Positions 37,039 through 46,145 of a stretch of DNA of 64,000 nt are shown here, piece by piece (the first letter of the stretch is position 1; each line of letters opens with the position of its first letter). The translations under genes were made by a program, and so were the position numbers. Source of the stretch: an uncultured Pseudomonadota bacterium (lineage in GTDB: Bacteria > Myxococcota_A > UBA796 > SXON01). The DNA lies in the NCBI GenBank assembly GCA_903921785.1, contig CAIXRH010000025.1:55069-119068 (forward strand), written 5' to 3'. Under the pieces are notes generated by a model, which was not told where the DNA came from, did no database searches, and saw only the letters and a list, made by a program, of their open reading frames with translations.

Positions 37039-38391
37039 TCACAGCCCGAGGTGCCCGCGCAACCACTCCGGGTACATCTCGACGCGGTAGTTCAGCGTGT
37101 CCCGCGCGGTGAGCACCTGGGCGGTGGTGATCGTCTTGCCCTCGACGTTCTTCCGCGCATCGTCGACGATGGCGGTGTCCGTGAGGGCCTGGAGGGCGGA
37201 GGCGGTCGCCGCCACGTTGTCGCCCTCGTAGAAGGTGATCGCCTCGCCCTGCGCGGCGGCGTACTTCGTGGGGCACTTGTCGTCGTAGTACAGGCAGAAC
37301 TGCGCCACGGCGCCCACGACGTACTTCGCGTAGGTGGGGGTGGCGGTGTCGAAGCTCGCGTCGGCCTCGGCGGGGATGAAGTCGAAGCGGCCGTCGGCGG
37401 GATCGCCGTACACGTAGAAGTTGCCCACGTGGAAGGGGTACCCGGCGCGGTTGCCCATCGCGACGGACAACGTCCAGAAGTCGAGGAAGTTGTCCATGTC
37501 GAGGACGTCGTCCACGTCGGCCCAGAAGTCGTCGCCGTGGTTCTGCACGTCCACGCGGGCCTGGTCGAGCACGGCGAGGTCCCCCGTGCCGGAGGCGACC
37601 TCGAAGTGTTTGATGCCCGCCTGCGAGAAGTCGGCGCTGTCGTGGCCCTGCCACAGATCGCCGTTGTCCTCTTCGTAGTTGTGCTTCACCCACTTCGAGT
37701 CCATCGCCTCGACGTTGGTGTAGAGCCCGTAGAGCTGGGGGCTCCCGCCGTCGACCACCAGATAGACCTGGGCGAAGTTGGCGCGTGGGGCGGGCACGCC
37801 GCCGTCGCGGAACAGCTTGAACCCGAGCACCTCCCGGCACATCGCAGGGTCGGTGACCATGTTGTCGAGCGTGACCCGCTTGAGGCCGGCGAAGCGGAGC
37901 GTGTCGTCGAACTGGTCGAACTTGATCTTCAGCGAGGGCTTCCCTTCCCAGTCCTGGAAGGTCTTGCTGCCCCCCTTGAACTTCACGCCCACGTTGTCCA
38001 CGGTGACGCCGCCGAGGGTGACCGAGGCGGAGACGTAGTCGAACGTCGGGTTCTCGGGGTCGGCGGCGATCGCGGCGGCGGCGGCCACGTCCATCGCGTC
38101 CACGCTCTCGGCGCTCAGGGAGATCGTGATGCTCTGGAGGGTGTTCTCGTCGTAGAACGCCTCATAAGCGGCCTCGTCCGCCGCTTCGTCGGCGGTGTCC
38201 TGGGTGTCGACGCTGTCGCCCGTCTCGGAGGTGTCGCCCCCGATGTCTTCGCCGGTGTCGCCCGTGTCGGTGTCGTCGGGATTGCCGATGGAGGTGTCGT
38301 TCCCTGAGGCGGTGTCGGTCGAGCTCCCCGTCGAGCATGCGATCATCAGCGCGGCCACCAGCATCCACCAACTCCTGCCGGGCCGCATCAT
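37039..38391 (-). CDS. CotH-family (atypical kinase fold) lipoprotein
   Basis: VGVKFKGGS...GKPSLKIKFD, LKRVTLDNMVTDPAMCREVLGFKLF and YLVVDGGSPQLYGLYTNVE are CotH-like. ATGATG at 38391 gives MMRPGRSWWMLVAALMIACS (lipobox). Confidence 0.8.
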   Translation of the reverse strand: MMRPGRSWWMLVAALMIACSTGSSTDTASGNDTSIGNPDDTDTGDTGEDIGGDTSETGDSVDTQDTADEAADEAAYEAFYDENTLQSITISLSAESVDAMDVAAAAAIAADPENPTFDYVSASVTLGGVTVDNVGVKFKGGSKTFQDWEGKPSLKIKFDQFDDTLRFAGLKRVTLDNMVTDPAMCREVLGFKLFRDGGVPAPRANFAQVYLVVDGGSPQLYGLYTNVEAMDSKWVKHNYEEDNGDLWQGHDSADFSQAGIKHFEVASGTGDLAVLDQARVDVQNHGDDFWADVDDVLDMDNFLDFWTLSVAMGNRAGYPFHVGNFYVYGDPADGRFDFIPAEADASFDTATPTYAKYVVGAVAQFCLYYDDKCPTKYAAAQGEAITFYEGDNVAATASALQALTDTAIVDDARKNVEGKTITTAQVLTARDTLNYRVEMYPEWLRGHLGL

Positions 38392-38410
38392 AGCCGGGAT
38401 AGGGGGGATC

Positions 38411-39907
38411 GTGCGCCCGCTGTTGTTGCTTGAGGTCCTCGCCGTCGGCACTTTCGGCGTCCTGGCCGTCACGCAACTGTGGCCGACGAAGAGCACCGTG
38501 CACGCGATCGACGTGTCCACGTTGGCCGTCGGTCCCGCCGAAGAGACGTGGTCCGGCATCTTCATCGGCGAGCACCACGTCGGCTACTCGGTGAGCCGCG
38601 AGTCGCCCATCGCCTCGGGCGGGCGGCTGTACGAGGAGCGCAGCACCTTCGCGCTCGGCTCGATGGGCACCACCCAGCAGGTCACCACCGCCGGCACCGC
38701 GATCACCGACGACCAGGGGCTCCTCGTCCAGTTCGACTTCCTGCTCACCTCCCCGGTGCTGATGACGGCGCACGGCGAGGTTCAGCCGGGGGTGATCCAC
38801 GTCGAGCTGAACCAGGATGGCGCCACCAGCTCGCTGGACGTGCCGATCACCGAGCCGCCGGCGCTGTCCATGACCGCCGCCAACGTGGTGAAGGGCCGCA
38901 CCCTCCACCCGGGGGACGTGTTCGAGCTCCCCTACTTCAACCCGATCACGGTCACCCCGAGCACGATGCGCGTCACGGTGCAGGCGCCCGAGGTGCTCCC
39001 CAACGGCGAGGTCGGGTACTGGCTGGAGCTGGATGGCGGCGGGCTCTCCACCCGCCGCCTCGTGGACGAGAGCGGCGCCGTCCTCCGCGAAGAGGCGGCG
39101 CTCGGCATGCAGACGGTGCGGATGACCAAGGCGGAGGCCATCAAGGTCGACGCGGGCGAGGCCCCCGATCTGGTCGCCCTCGCGCGCGTGCCGCTCTCCG
39201 GGTTCATCGACCCCGCGCGGCCCTATGGCCCGCTCACCCTGGAGGTCAGTGGGATCGACGCCGCGAAGCTCCCCTCCGACGGGGACGTGCAGCGGGTCAA
39301 CGGCGCCCGCGTCACGCTGACCACGCCCGACCCGTCCACGTGGCCGGTGCTCCCGGTGCGCGGCACGAGCGACCTGGAGGCCACCCCCACCGTCCCGGTC
39401 GACCACCCGGAGATCGTCGCGAAGGCCCGGGAGGTGGTCGGCGATGCGCCCGATCGCGCCACCGCCGCCCGCCGGCTCTCCGAGTTCGTGCACGACTACG
39501 TGCAGAAGGTGCCGACGATCGGCATCCCGAACGGCCTGGAGGTTCTGCACACGGCGCAGGGGGATTGCAACGAGCACACCGCGCTCTACGTGTCCCTCGC
39601 CCGCGCCGCCGGCATCCCTGCCCGCATCGCCGCCGGCGTCGTCTACAGCGCCCAGCTCGGGCAGGCGTTCTACTACCACGCGTGGCCCGAAGTCCGGATC
39701 GGTCCGGATGAATCCTGGGTCCCGGTCGACCCCACCTTCGGCGAGTTCCCCGCCCACGCCACCCACCTCCAGCTCGTCACCGGGGACCTCGACCGGCAGC
39801 TCGAGATCATGGCCAGCATGGGCAAGCTCCGGCTCGCCGTGGCGCCGAACCCGGAACCGGAGGCGGGCGCGGCGGTCCCGACACCGGATACAGAGCCCAC
39901 CCGATGA
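38411..39907 (+). CDS. membrane-anchored transglutaminase-like cysteine protease-fold protein
   Basis: C-terminal core QGDCNEHTALYVSLARAAGIPARIAAG...YYHAWPEV (Cys-His-Asp type). GTG 38411 gives the TM anchor VRPLLLLEVLAVGTFGVLAV; start uncertain. Confidence 0.75.
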   Translation: MRPLLLLEVLAVGTFGVLAVTQLWPTKSTVHAIDVSTLAVGPAEETWSGIFIGEHHVGYSVSRESPIASGGRLYEERSTFALGSMGTTQQVTTAGTAITDDQGLLVQFDFLLTSPVLMTAHGEVQPGVIHVELNQDGATSSLDVPITEPPALSMTAANVVKGRTLHPGDVFELPYFNPITVTPSTMRVTVQAPEVLPNGEVGYWLELDGGGLSTRRLVDESGAVLREEAALGMQTVRMTKAEAIKVDAGEAPDLVALARVPLSGFIDPARPYGPLTLEVSGIDAAKLPSDGDVQRVNGARVTLTTPDPSTWPVLPVRGTSDLEATPTVPVDHPEIVAKAREVVGDAPDRATAARRLSEFVHDYVQKVPTIGIPNGLEVLHTAQGDCNEHTALYVSLARAAGIPARIAAGVVYSAQLGQAFYYHAWPEVRIGPDESWVPVDPTFGEFPAHATHLQLVTGDLDRQLEIMASMGKLRLAVAPNPEPEAGAAVPTPDTEPTR

Positions 39908-40620
39908 TCCGTCTGCGCCAGGTCGAGAAACGGTACGCCGACTTCCAGGCGGTCCACCCGCTGGACCTCGACGTGGAGGCTGGCGAGGTCTTCGGCTTCC
40001 TCGGCCTCAACGGCGCCGGGAAGACCACCACGCTGCGCATGCTCGCGGGCGTGCTGCCCCCCACGGCCGGCACCATCGAGATCGACGGGCGGGACCTGGT
40101 GAAGAACCCGGTCGAGGCCCGGCGGCGGATGGGCTTCATCCCCGACCGCCCGTACCTCTACGACAAGCTCACCGCCCGCGAGTTTCTCCGCTTCATCGGG
40201 GATGTCTACGGGATGGCCCCGGCCACCCTAGATGAGCGGGTCAACGCGGTGCTCGCCGCGCACGCGCTGCAGGACTGGGGGGACGCCCTGGTGGAGAGCT
40301 ACAGCCACGGCATGAAGCAGCGCCTCGTGCTCTGCGGCGCGCTGCTCCACGAGCCGCGGCTCCTGATCGTCGACGAGCCGATGGTCGGGCTCGATCCCCG
40401 CGGCGCCCGGCAGATCAAGGAGACGTTCCGCACCTTCGCCGCCGAAGGCCGCACGGTCTTCCTCTCCACGCACACCCTCGCGGTGGCGGCGGAGGTCTGC
40501 GATCGCCTCGCGATCATCCACCGCGGGCGCATCGCGGTGATGGGCACCCTCCAGGAGGTGTGCGCGAACGAGACGTTGGAGGACGTTTTCCTCCGCATCA
40601 CCGGGAGTGTGGAGGCATGA
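39904..40620 (+). CDS. ABC transporter ATP-binding protein (ABC-2/DrrA-like subfamily)
   Basis: Walker A GLNGAGKTTTLRML, signature YSHGMKQRL, Walker B LLIVDEP. ATGA overlap with the upstream gene. No permease gene adjacent. Confidence 0.9.
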   Translation: MIRLRQVEKRYADFQAVHPLDLDVEAGEVFGFLGLNGAGKTTTLRMLAGVLPPTAGTIEIDGRDLVKNPVEARRRMGFIPDRPYLYDKLTAREFLRFIGDVYGMAPATLDERVNAVLAAHALQDWGDALVESYSHGMKQRLVLCGALLHEPRLLIVDEPMVGLDPRGARQIKETFRTFAAEGRTVFLSTHTLAVAAEVCDRLAIIHRGRIAVMGTLQEVCANETLEDVFLRITGSVEA

Positions 40621-41105
40621 ACCGGCTCGCTGCCCTCGGGGCGCTCTTCCTCCTCGCCGGCTGCATGCCCGCCTCGTGGCAGGCCGCCCGCGCCCTCGAG
40701 GGCAAGTACCGGGTGGGCTCTCCGGGAGAGGGCTGGCTCTCCGTCGCGCCCGGCGGCGCCGACCACGCCTGGGTGAACAAGGGCGCCGGCGCCAGCCTCT
40801 ACACCGACTCCAACTGCGGCCCGCGCTTCCAGGAATCCCGGGTGGAGGACCTCGCCACCGAGATGGTCTCCGGGCTCCAGGGCGCCACGCTCGACCTGGA
40901 GGTCGTCCGCGCCATCGGCCCCCGCGAGGGCGTCGTCCGCACCCACACCGGCCGCCTCGACGGCGTGCCCGTGCGCCTCGGCATCAGCGTGGTCAACCAC
41001 GACATGTGCACGTACGACTTCGTGATCATCGCGCCAATGGGCAAGCTCGACGAGCTCTGGCCCGGCTACGAGGCCGTGCTCGACGGCTTCTCACCGGGAA
41101 TCTGA
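40617..41105 (+). CDS. hypothetical lipoprotein
   Basis: ATG 40617 (ATGA overlap) gives MNRLAALGALFLLAGC (lipobox). 162 aa, no family recognised. Confidence 0.55.
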   Translation: MNRLAALGALFLLAGCMPASWQAARALEGKYRVGSPGEGWLSVAPGGADHAWVNKGAGASLYTDSNCGPRFQESRVEDLATEMVSGLQGATLDLEVVRAIGPREGVVRTHTGRLDGVPVRLGISVVNHDMCTYDFVIIAPMGKLDELWPGYEAVLDGFSPGI

Positions 41106-41106
41106 C

Positions 41107-41865
41107 GTGGAGGGCTTCATCACCCTTCTGCGGGACGCCGGCGCGGTCGCCATCCTCACGGTCCGGGCGTTCTTCGCCTTCTTCAAGGCCCCGATCGAGA
41201 TCACCCCGGTCACCTACCAGCTCGACCATTCGGGGATCCGCAGCTGGTCGATCACCGTGCTCACGGCGCTGTTCACGGGGATGGTGCTGGCCTTGCAGTT
41301 CGCCACCGGGCTGGAGCCTTACGGCGGCAGCATGTACACCGGGAAGCTGGTCTCCCTCGGCATCGTCCGCGAGCTCGGCCCCACGCTCACCGCGCTGCTG
41401 GTCGGCGGGCGCGTCGGCAGCGGCTTCGCGGCGGAGCTCGGCTCGATGGTCGTGAGCGAGCAAGTGGACGCGATCCGCTCCCTCGGCGCCGATCCCATCA
41501 AGAAGCTGGTCGCCCCGCGCGTTTTGGCGTGCATCATCGCCCTGCCGCTGCTCACCATCCTCGCGGACGGGGTGGGGGTCTTCGGCGGGCTGCTCATCAC
41601 CATGCGCGAAGTCGGCGTCACCGCGAAGTTCTTCTTCACCCAGGTGAAGGACACCCTCGGGATGGTCGACCTCTTGCACGGCCTCGCGAAGTCCGTGTTC
41701 TTCGGGTACTTCATCGGCATCCTCGGCTGCTTCATCGGGCTGAACACCACCGGCGGCACCGAGGGCGTGGGCCAGTCCACCACCAAGGCGGTGGTCACCA
41801 CCGCGATCACGCTGCTGGTCTCCAACTACGTGCTGAGCACGATCTTCGTGGCGATCTATGGATGA
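41107..41865 (+). CDS. mlaE: MlaE-family ABC permease
   Basis: QLDHSGIRSWSITVLTALFTGMVLALQ, IVRELGPTLTALLVGGRVGSGFAAELGSMVVSEQVDAIRSLGADP; classic MlaE/Ttg2B core. Confidence 0.85.
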   Translation: MEGFITLLRDAGAVAILTVRAFFAFFKAPIEITPVTYQLDHSGIRSWSITVLTALFTGMVLALQFATGLEPYGGSMYTGKLVSLGIVRELGPTLTALLVGGRVGSGFAAELGSMVVSEQVDAIRSLGADPIKKLVAPRVLACIIALPLLTILADGVGVFGGLLITMREVGVTAKFFFTQVKDTLGMVDLLHGLAKSVFFGYFIGILGCFIGLNTTGGTEGVGQSTTKAVVTTAITLLVSNYVLSTIFVAIYG

Positions 41866-42652
41866 GCGCACCGACACCTCGAGCCCGCCCACGCGCGAGC
41901 CGCTGATCGAATTCACCGGGGTGAAGAAACGTTTCGGCCCCAAGGTGATCTACGAGGACGCCACGCTCTCGATCTACCCCGGGGAGACGATCACCATCCT
42001 CGGCGGCTCCGGTACCGGCAAGAGCGTGCTCATCAAGATGCTCATCGGCCTCTTGCGCGCCGACGCCGGCTCGATCAAGGCGTTCGGCCACGAAGTGACC
42101 ACGATGAACGAAGCGCAGCTCCTCTCGGTGCGCACGCGCATCGCGATGCTCTTCCAGTCCGGCGCGCTGTTCGACTCGCTCACCGTCGAGCAGAACATCA
42201 AGTACCCGCTGCGGGAGCACGCCTGGGGCACCGACGCGCAGATGAAGGCGCGCGTGGAGGAGGTGCTGGAGATGGTGGGGATGCCCGGGAGCCAGAAGCT
42301 CAAGCCGGCGGAGCTCTCCGGCGGCATGCGCAAGCGTGTCGGCCTCGCCCGGGCGATCGCCATCCAGCCCGAGGTGATCCTCTACGACGAGCCCACCACC
42401 GGGCTCGACCCGGTGAATGTCCGGCGGATCAACGGGCTCATTCTCTCGCTCCAGGCGAAGCTCGGCGTCACCAGCATCGTGGTCACCCACGACATGGACA
42501 GCTGCTTCACCGTCACCGACCGCATCGCGATGCTCTACGACAAACGCATCGCCTTCGTCGGCACGGCGGACGAGACGGAGACCTGCACGATCCCCTACGT
42601 CCGCGAGTTCATCCGCGGCGGCCGCGGCGTACTCTCGGAAGACGTCACGTGA
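41858..42652 (+). CDS. mlaF: MlaF-type ABC ATP-binding protein
   Basis: Walker A GGSGTGKSVLIKML, signature LSGGMRKRVGLARA, Walker B ILYDEPTTGLDP. 8-nt overlap with mlaE. Confidence 0.85.
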   Translation: MDERTDTSSPPTREPLIEFTGVKKRFGPKVIYEDATLSIYPGETITILGGSGTGKSVLIKMLIGLLRADAGSIKAFGHEVTTMNEAQLLSVRTRIAMLFQSGALFDSLTVEQNIKYPLREHAWGTDAQMKARVEEVLEMVGMPGSQKLKPAELSGGMRKRVGLARAIAIQPEVILYDEPTTGLDPVNVRRINGLILSLQAKLGVTSIVVTHDMDSCFTVTDRIAMLYDKRIAFVGTADETETCTIPYVREFIRGGRGVLSEDVT

Positions 42653-42676
42653 GCTGAAGGGGCGACGAGAAGGGTC

Positions 42677-42728
42677 GTTCCCCCTCCCGGCCCTCCCCCA
42701 CCCTCGCGAGCCACGACCGGCGTCGGCG
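42677..42728 (+). repeat. 52-bp intergenic repeat, copy 1 (partner at 53028-53079)
   Basis: GTTCCCCCTCCCGGCCCTCCCCCACCCTCGCGAGCCACGACCGGCGTCGGCG, 50/52 identical to the partner, same orientation. It begins 25 nt after the mlaF stop. Confidence 0.85.
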
Positions 42729-42773
42729 GCCGCCACGGCGGCGCCGCACCCCGGCGGGCGGCGCCCGGGCCGC

Positions 42774-43847
42774 TCAGCCCTGCTTCTTCGCCAGCTCGGC
42801 GTCGACGATCGCCTTGAACTTCTCGTACGGCTGGGCGCCGTTGATGAAGACGCCGTTGATGAAGAACGCCGGGGTACCGGTGACGCCGGCCTGCTGCCCG
42901 TCGGACTCGTCCTTCTTGATCTCGGCTTCGATCGAGGGGTCCTTGCGGCACTCCTCCCACTTGGTCATGTCGAGCCCGGCAGCCTTGGCGACCCGCTGGA
43001 TGTCGGCCTCGGCCAGCGACTGCTGGTCCTTCATGAACGCGTCGTGGACCGGCCAGTACTTGCCCTGCTTGTCGGCGCAGTTGGCGGCGATGGCGGCGGG
43101 GATGGCGTTCTGGTGGAAGTCGAGCGGGAAGTCGCGGAAGACGAACTTCACCTTCCCGTCGTAGTTCTTCATCACCTTGTCCACGCTCTCGCGGGCCTTG
43201 CCGCAGTACGGGCACTGGAACTCGGCGAACTGCACGATGGTGACCGGCGCGTCGGCCGGGCCGACCGACGGGTCGTCGTCCGCCGACACCTCGATGCGGG
43301 GCACCTCGGGGAACGGGAGCTGGATCGTGGCGCGGTAGCTCTTGCGGAGCTCCTCGATGTAGACCTGGTAGCGCTCGGACTGCTTCTTCTGGGTGACGGC
43401 GCTCTCGAGCACGCCGCGCGCCTCCTCCATCGTCTGCCCGCGGAGCTTCCGCTGGAGGGCCTGGTAGGCGTCGGCGATCTCGGCCTCGGTCGGCTTGGCG
43501 ACCTTGTCGTTGATCTCGGCCTTGAGCAGGTCCTCCGGGGCGGCGAGGCCGCGCTTCTTGGTCTCGGCCTTGAGCAGCTCTTCGTCCATCTTCTGCTCGG
43601 TGGCCTGATACTCGGCGTCGTACCTGCCCATGAGGTACTCGGCGAGCATCTGGTCGAGCTGGTGCTGCATCGGCGTGGTGACATCGCCGTAGCTGACGGA
43701 GCCGCCATCCCAGTAGGCGGCGACCGCGGTCGGCTCGGCGCCGTAGGCGGGGGCGACCAGGGGCAGGGGCGCCGGGCCCGGCGCCGTGAGCGGCGGAGCT
43801 TCGGTCGGCGTCTGGGAGCAGGCGAAGAAGGCGAGCAGGCTGAGCAT
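42774..43847 (-). CDS. DsbA-family thiol:disulfide oxidoreductase lipoprotein with N-terminal chaperone-like helical domain
   Basis: Lipobox AFFAC. Active site FAEFQCPYCGKA, then FRDFPLDFHQNA. The N-terminal 170 aa resemble a SurA-N/PpiD-like helical region. Confidence 0.8.
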   Translation of the reverse strand: MLSLLAFFACSQTPTEAPPLTAPGPAPLPLVAPAYGAEPTAVAAYWDGGSVSYGDVTTPMQHQLDQMLAEYLMGRYDAEYQATEQKMDEELLKAETKKRGLAAPEDLLKAEINDKVAKPTEAEIADAYQALQRKLRGQTMEEARGVLESAVTQKKQSERYQVYIEELRKSYRATIQLPFPEVPRIEVSADDDPSVGPADAPVTIVQFAEFQCPYCGKARESVDKVMKNYDGKVKFVFRDFPLDFHQNAIPAAIAANCADKQGKYWPVHDAFMKDQQSLAEADIQRVAKAAGLDMTKWEECRKDPSIEAEIKKDESDGQQAGVTGTPAFFINGVFINGAQPYEKFKAIVDAELAKKQG

Positions 43848-43907
43848 GGGCGTCCGGGGACCGCGGGGAGCTAACCCGCCCGACGGCGACGCAAGGTGCG
43901 CCGCGCG

Positions 43908-44675
43908 TCACGCTCCGTCGCGCGATGCGGCGTTTTCGGGGGACGAGCGGGACGTACGAATCACACCCCGGAGCACGGAGCCGCCGAAGCCCACCGCCGC
44001 CGCGAGGCACACCCACTGCACGGCGGTGAGCGGGCCCACCCGCCAGCCGGCGTCGCCACGGAAGAATTCCAGCCCGAAGCGGATGGCGCCGTAGCCTGCG
44101 AGGGCGAGGCGGAAGCGGTGTCCGGAGGGCAGTGGGCGCCGGCGGGTGGCCCAGAGGGCGCTGGCGAGCGCGAGGTCCAACGCCGCTTCGTAGAGCTGGG
44201 TCGGGTGCAGCCCGGCGGCGAGCCGGCCGACCGGCAGGTCGGTGGGCGTGCCATAGCAGCACCCGTTGAGCCAGCAGCCGACGCGGCCGAAGGCCTGCGC
44301 CAGCGGCAGGGAGACGGCGAAGCCGTCTCCCGTGGAGTGCCGCACCCCCACCAGCTTCTTGCCGAGCTCCACGCCCAGGTACCCGCCGGCGATGCCCCCC
44401 ACGACGGTCTTGCCGGTGAAGTCGAAGGTGAGCGCGGCCCAGCCGAGCTGCGCGAGCGCCTCCGGCCCCACGAAGAGCACCATGCCGAGCTTGGAGCCCA
44501 CCATCGCGCCGAGGAGCGCGAAGAGCCCGACGTACTGGTGCCCCGGCGTGGCGTGGTACCCGAGCCGCCGCACCTCGACGCGGCGCACCGCGATCGCCGC
44601 CGCGATCCCCAGCGCCACGAAGACCGCGTAGGCCGGGACGTCGACCCCGGCGAAGGTGAACAGGACCGGCCTCAC
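43908..44675 (-). CDS. lgt: prolipoprotein diacylglyceryl transferase
   Basis: GRVGCWLNGCCYG, HPTQLYEA, and GYGAIRFGLEFFRGD are Lgt signatures. GTG 44675 chosen; the true start is uncertain (track ORF extends to 44900). Confidence 0.8.
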   Translation of the reverse strand: MRPVLFTFAGVDVPAYAVFVALGIAAAIAVRRVEVRRLGYHATPGHQYVGLFALLGAMVGSKLGMVLFVGPEALAQLGWAALTFDFTGKTVVGGIAGGYLGVELGKKLVGVRHSTGDGFAVSLPLAQAFGRVGCWLNGCCYGTPTDLPVGRLAAGLHPTQLYEAALDLALASALWATRRRPLPSGHRFRLALAGYGAIRFGLEFFRGDAGWRVGPLTAVQWVCLAAAVGFGGSVLRGVIRTSRSSPENAASRDGA

Positions 44676-44929
44676 GGCGCCACCTCGGGTGGGGCGCCCG
44701 GGTCCGACGGAGGCGCCCGGCGGCGCCGCGAGGCGCGCCCGTCTCCCGCCCCGAGAAGGGCAGCGGGCCCAGCGCCTCGCCCAGATGCCATGTCGGATCG
44801 ATATCATCGGGACCGGCGCGACCGCTCGCCTCCGGATCGTCACCGCAAGCTGCGCACACGCGGATACACTCCGCGAGATTCGGTTTCGCCCGTGGCCCAC
44901 ACCGGGGTCTGAACCGCAGAGGAACTCCC

Positions 44930-46141
44930 ATGCTCGTCTCCCTGCTCCTGGCCTGCGCCACCGGCACCGCCACCGACTCCGCCGACGCCCAGATCGACCC
45001 CTCTGTGCCCACCTGGGGCGCCGACGTGGCCCCGATCGTCGAGCGTTCCTGCTCGGGCTGCCACCACGAAGGCGGCCTCGGAACCGGCGACTTCACCACG
45101 TACGCCGCCGCTCGTCCCATGGCCGGCGCCATGGCCTCGGCCCTCGGGGCCTCCCGCATGCCGCCCCCGGCGATGGACCCCACCTGTCGAAGCTATGTCG
45201 GCCACGAACGCCTCGTCCTCACCGCCGAGGAGACCGCGCTCGTCACCGCCTGGGCCGAAGGTGGCGCCCCCGAGGGCGACCCGATCGACGCGCTGACGCC
45301 GCCCTCGATCAGCCTCGACGGCGCCGACGTGGAGGTGACGCTCCCGATCGCCCACACCGTCGCCCCGGACACCGACGGCAACGAATACCACTGTCAGGTC
45401 CTGGAGAACCCGTTCACCGAGCCCACCTACATCACCGGGTTCGACGTCCTGGTGGACCAGCCCGCGGTGGTGCACCACACCCTGCTCGCGATCGACTACG
45501 GCGGTGACGCGGGCGCCGGCTCGGGCGAGTCCGACCTGACCGACGGCTGGGACTGCCGCAACCCGATCGCCGAGGATGATTGGGGCATCCTCCACGCCTG
45601 GGCCCCGGGCATGGAGCCGACCGCCTTTGAAGACGGCGGTCTCCTGGTGAACCCGGGCGATCAGATCGTGCTCCAGATGCACTACTACGCCCAGCCCTCC
45701 GACGTCGGCACCATCGACCAGTCCGGGTACCGCTTCCGGACCGCCCCGAAGGTCACGCACACCATCGCGATGGCGCCAATGGGGCCCACCGGCTTCCGGA
45801 TCGCCGCGGGCGAGGTGGAGGACGCGACGGAGGACTACCTCAACGACTACAACGTGGACATCACGGTGTACGGCGTCTTTCCGCACATGCACACCCTCGG
45901 TCAGGGCTACGAGAGCACCCTGCAGAACGCAGACGGGTCCACCACCTGCCTCGCCCGCGCGAACGCCTGGGACTTCGGCCACCAGATGACGTACCTCTAC
46001 GACGAACCGGCGATCTGGCACAAGGGCGAGACGCTCACCACGCGCTGCACGTACGACAACACCACCGACAGCACCGTGACCTACGGGGAAGGCACCAACC
46101 AGGAGATGTGCTTCTTCCTGTTCTACTACGGGGTGAACTGA
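44930..46141 (+). CDS. lipoprotein: N-terminal CXXCH module fused to a copper type II ascorbate-dependent-monooxygenase-like (PHM/DBH-like) domain
   Basis: Lipobox LLLAC, then ERSCSGCHHEGG. Putative Cu ligands in PHM order: VVHHTLL, LQMHYY, FPHMHTLG, NQEMCFF. Confidence 0.7.
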   Translation: MLVSLLLACATGTATDSADAQIDPSVPTWGADVAPIVERSCSGCHHEGGLGTGDFTTYAAARPMAGAMASALGASRMPPPAMDPTCRSYVGHERLVLTAEETALVTAWAEGGAPEGDPIDALTPPSISLDGADVEVTLPIAHTVAPDTDGNEYHCQVLENPFTEPTYITGFDVLVDQPAVVHHTLLAIDYGGDAGAGSGESDLTDGWDCRNPIAEDDWGILHAWAPGMEPTAFEDGGLLVNPGDQIVLQMHYYAQPSDVGTIDQSGYRFRTAPKVTHTIAMAPMGPTGFRIAAGEVEDATEDYLNDYNVDITVYGVFPHMHTLGQGYESTLQNADGSTTCLARANAWDFGHQMTYLYDEPAIWHKGETLTTRCTYDNTTDSTVTYGEGTNQEMCFFLFYYGVN

Positions 46142-46145
46142 GTTC

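Noticed and set aside
35410-38307. 965-aa plus-strand ORF
   Set aside because: Antisense to the patatin-like and CotH-like genes; V/E/G/R/H-rich low-complexity translation.
38195-38410. Upstream 72-codon extension of the transglutaminase-like ORF
   Set aside because: It is antisense to the 5' end of the CotH-like gene and S/P/V-rich. The hydrophobic anchor begins right at GTG 38411.
42595-45183. 862-aa minus-strand ORF
   Set aside because: It spans the DsbA-like and lgt genes in wrong frames and runs antisense to the monooxygenase-like gene. The translation is extremely R/P/G-rich.
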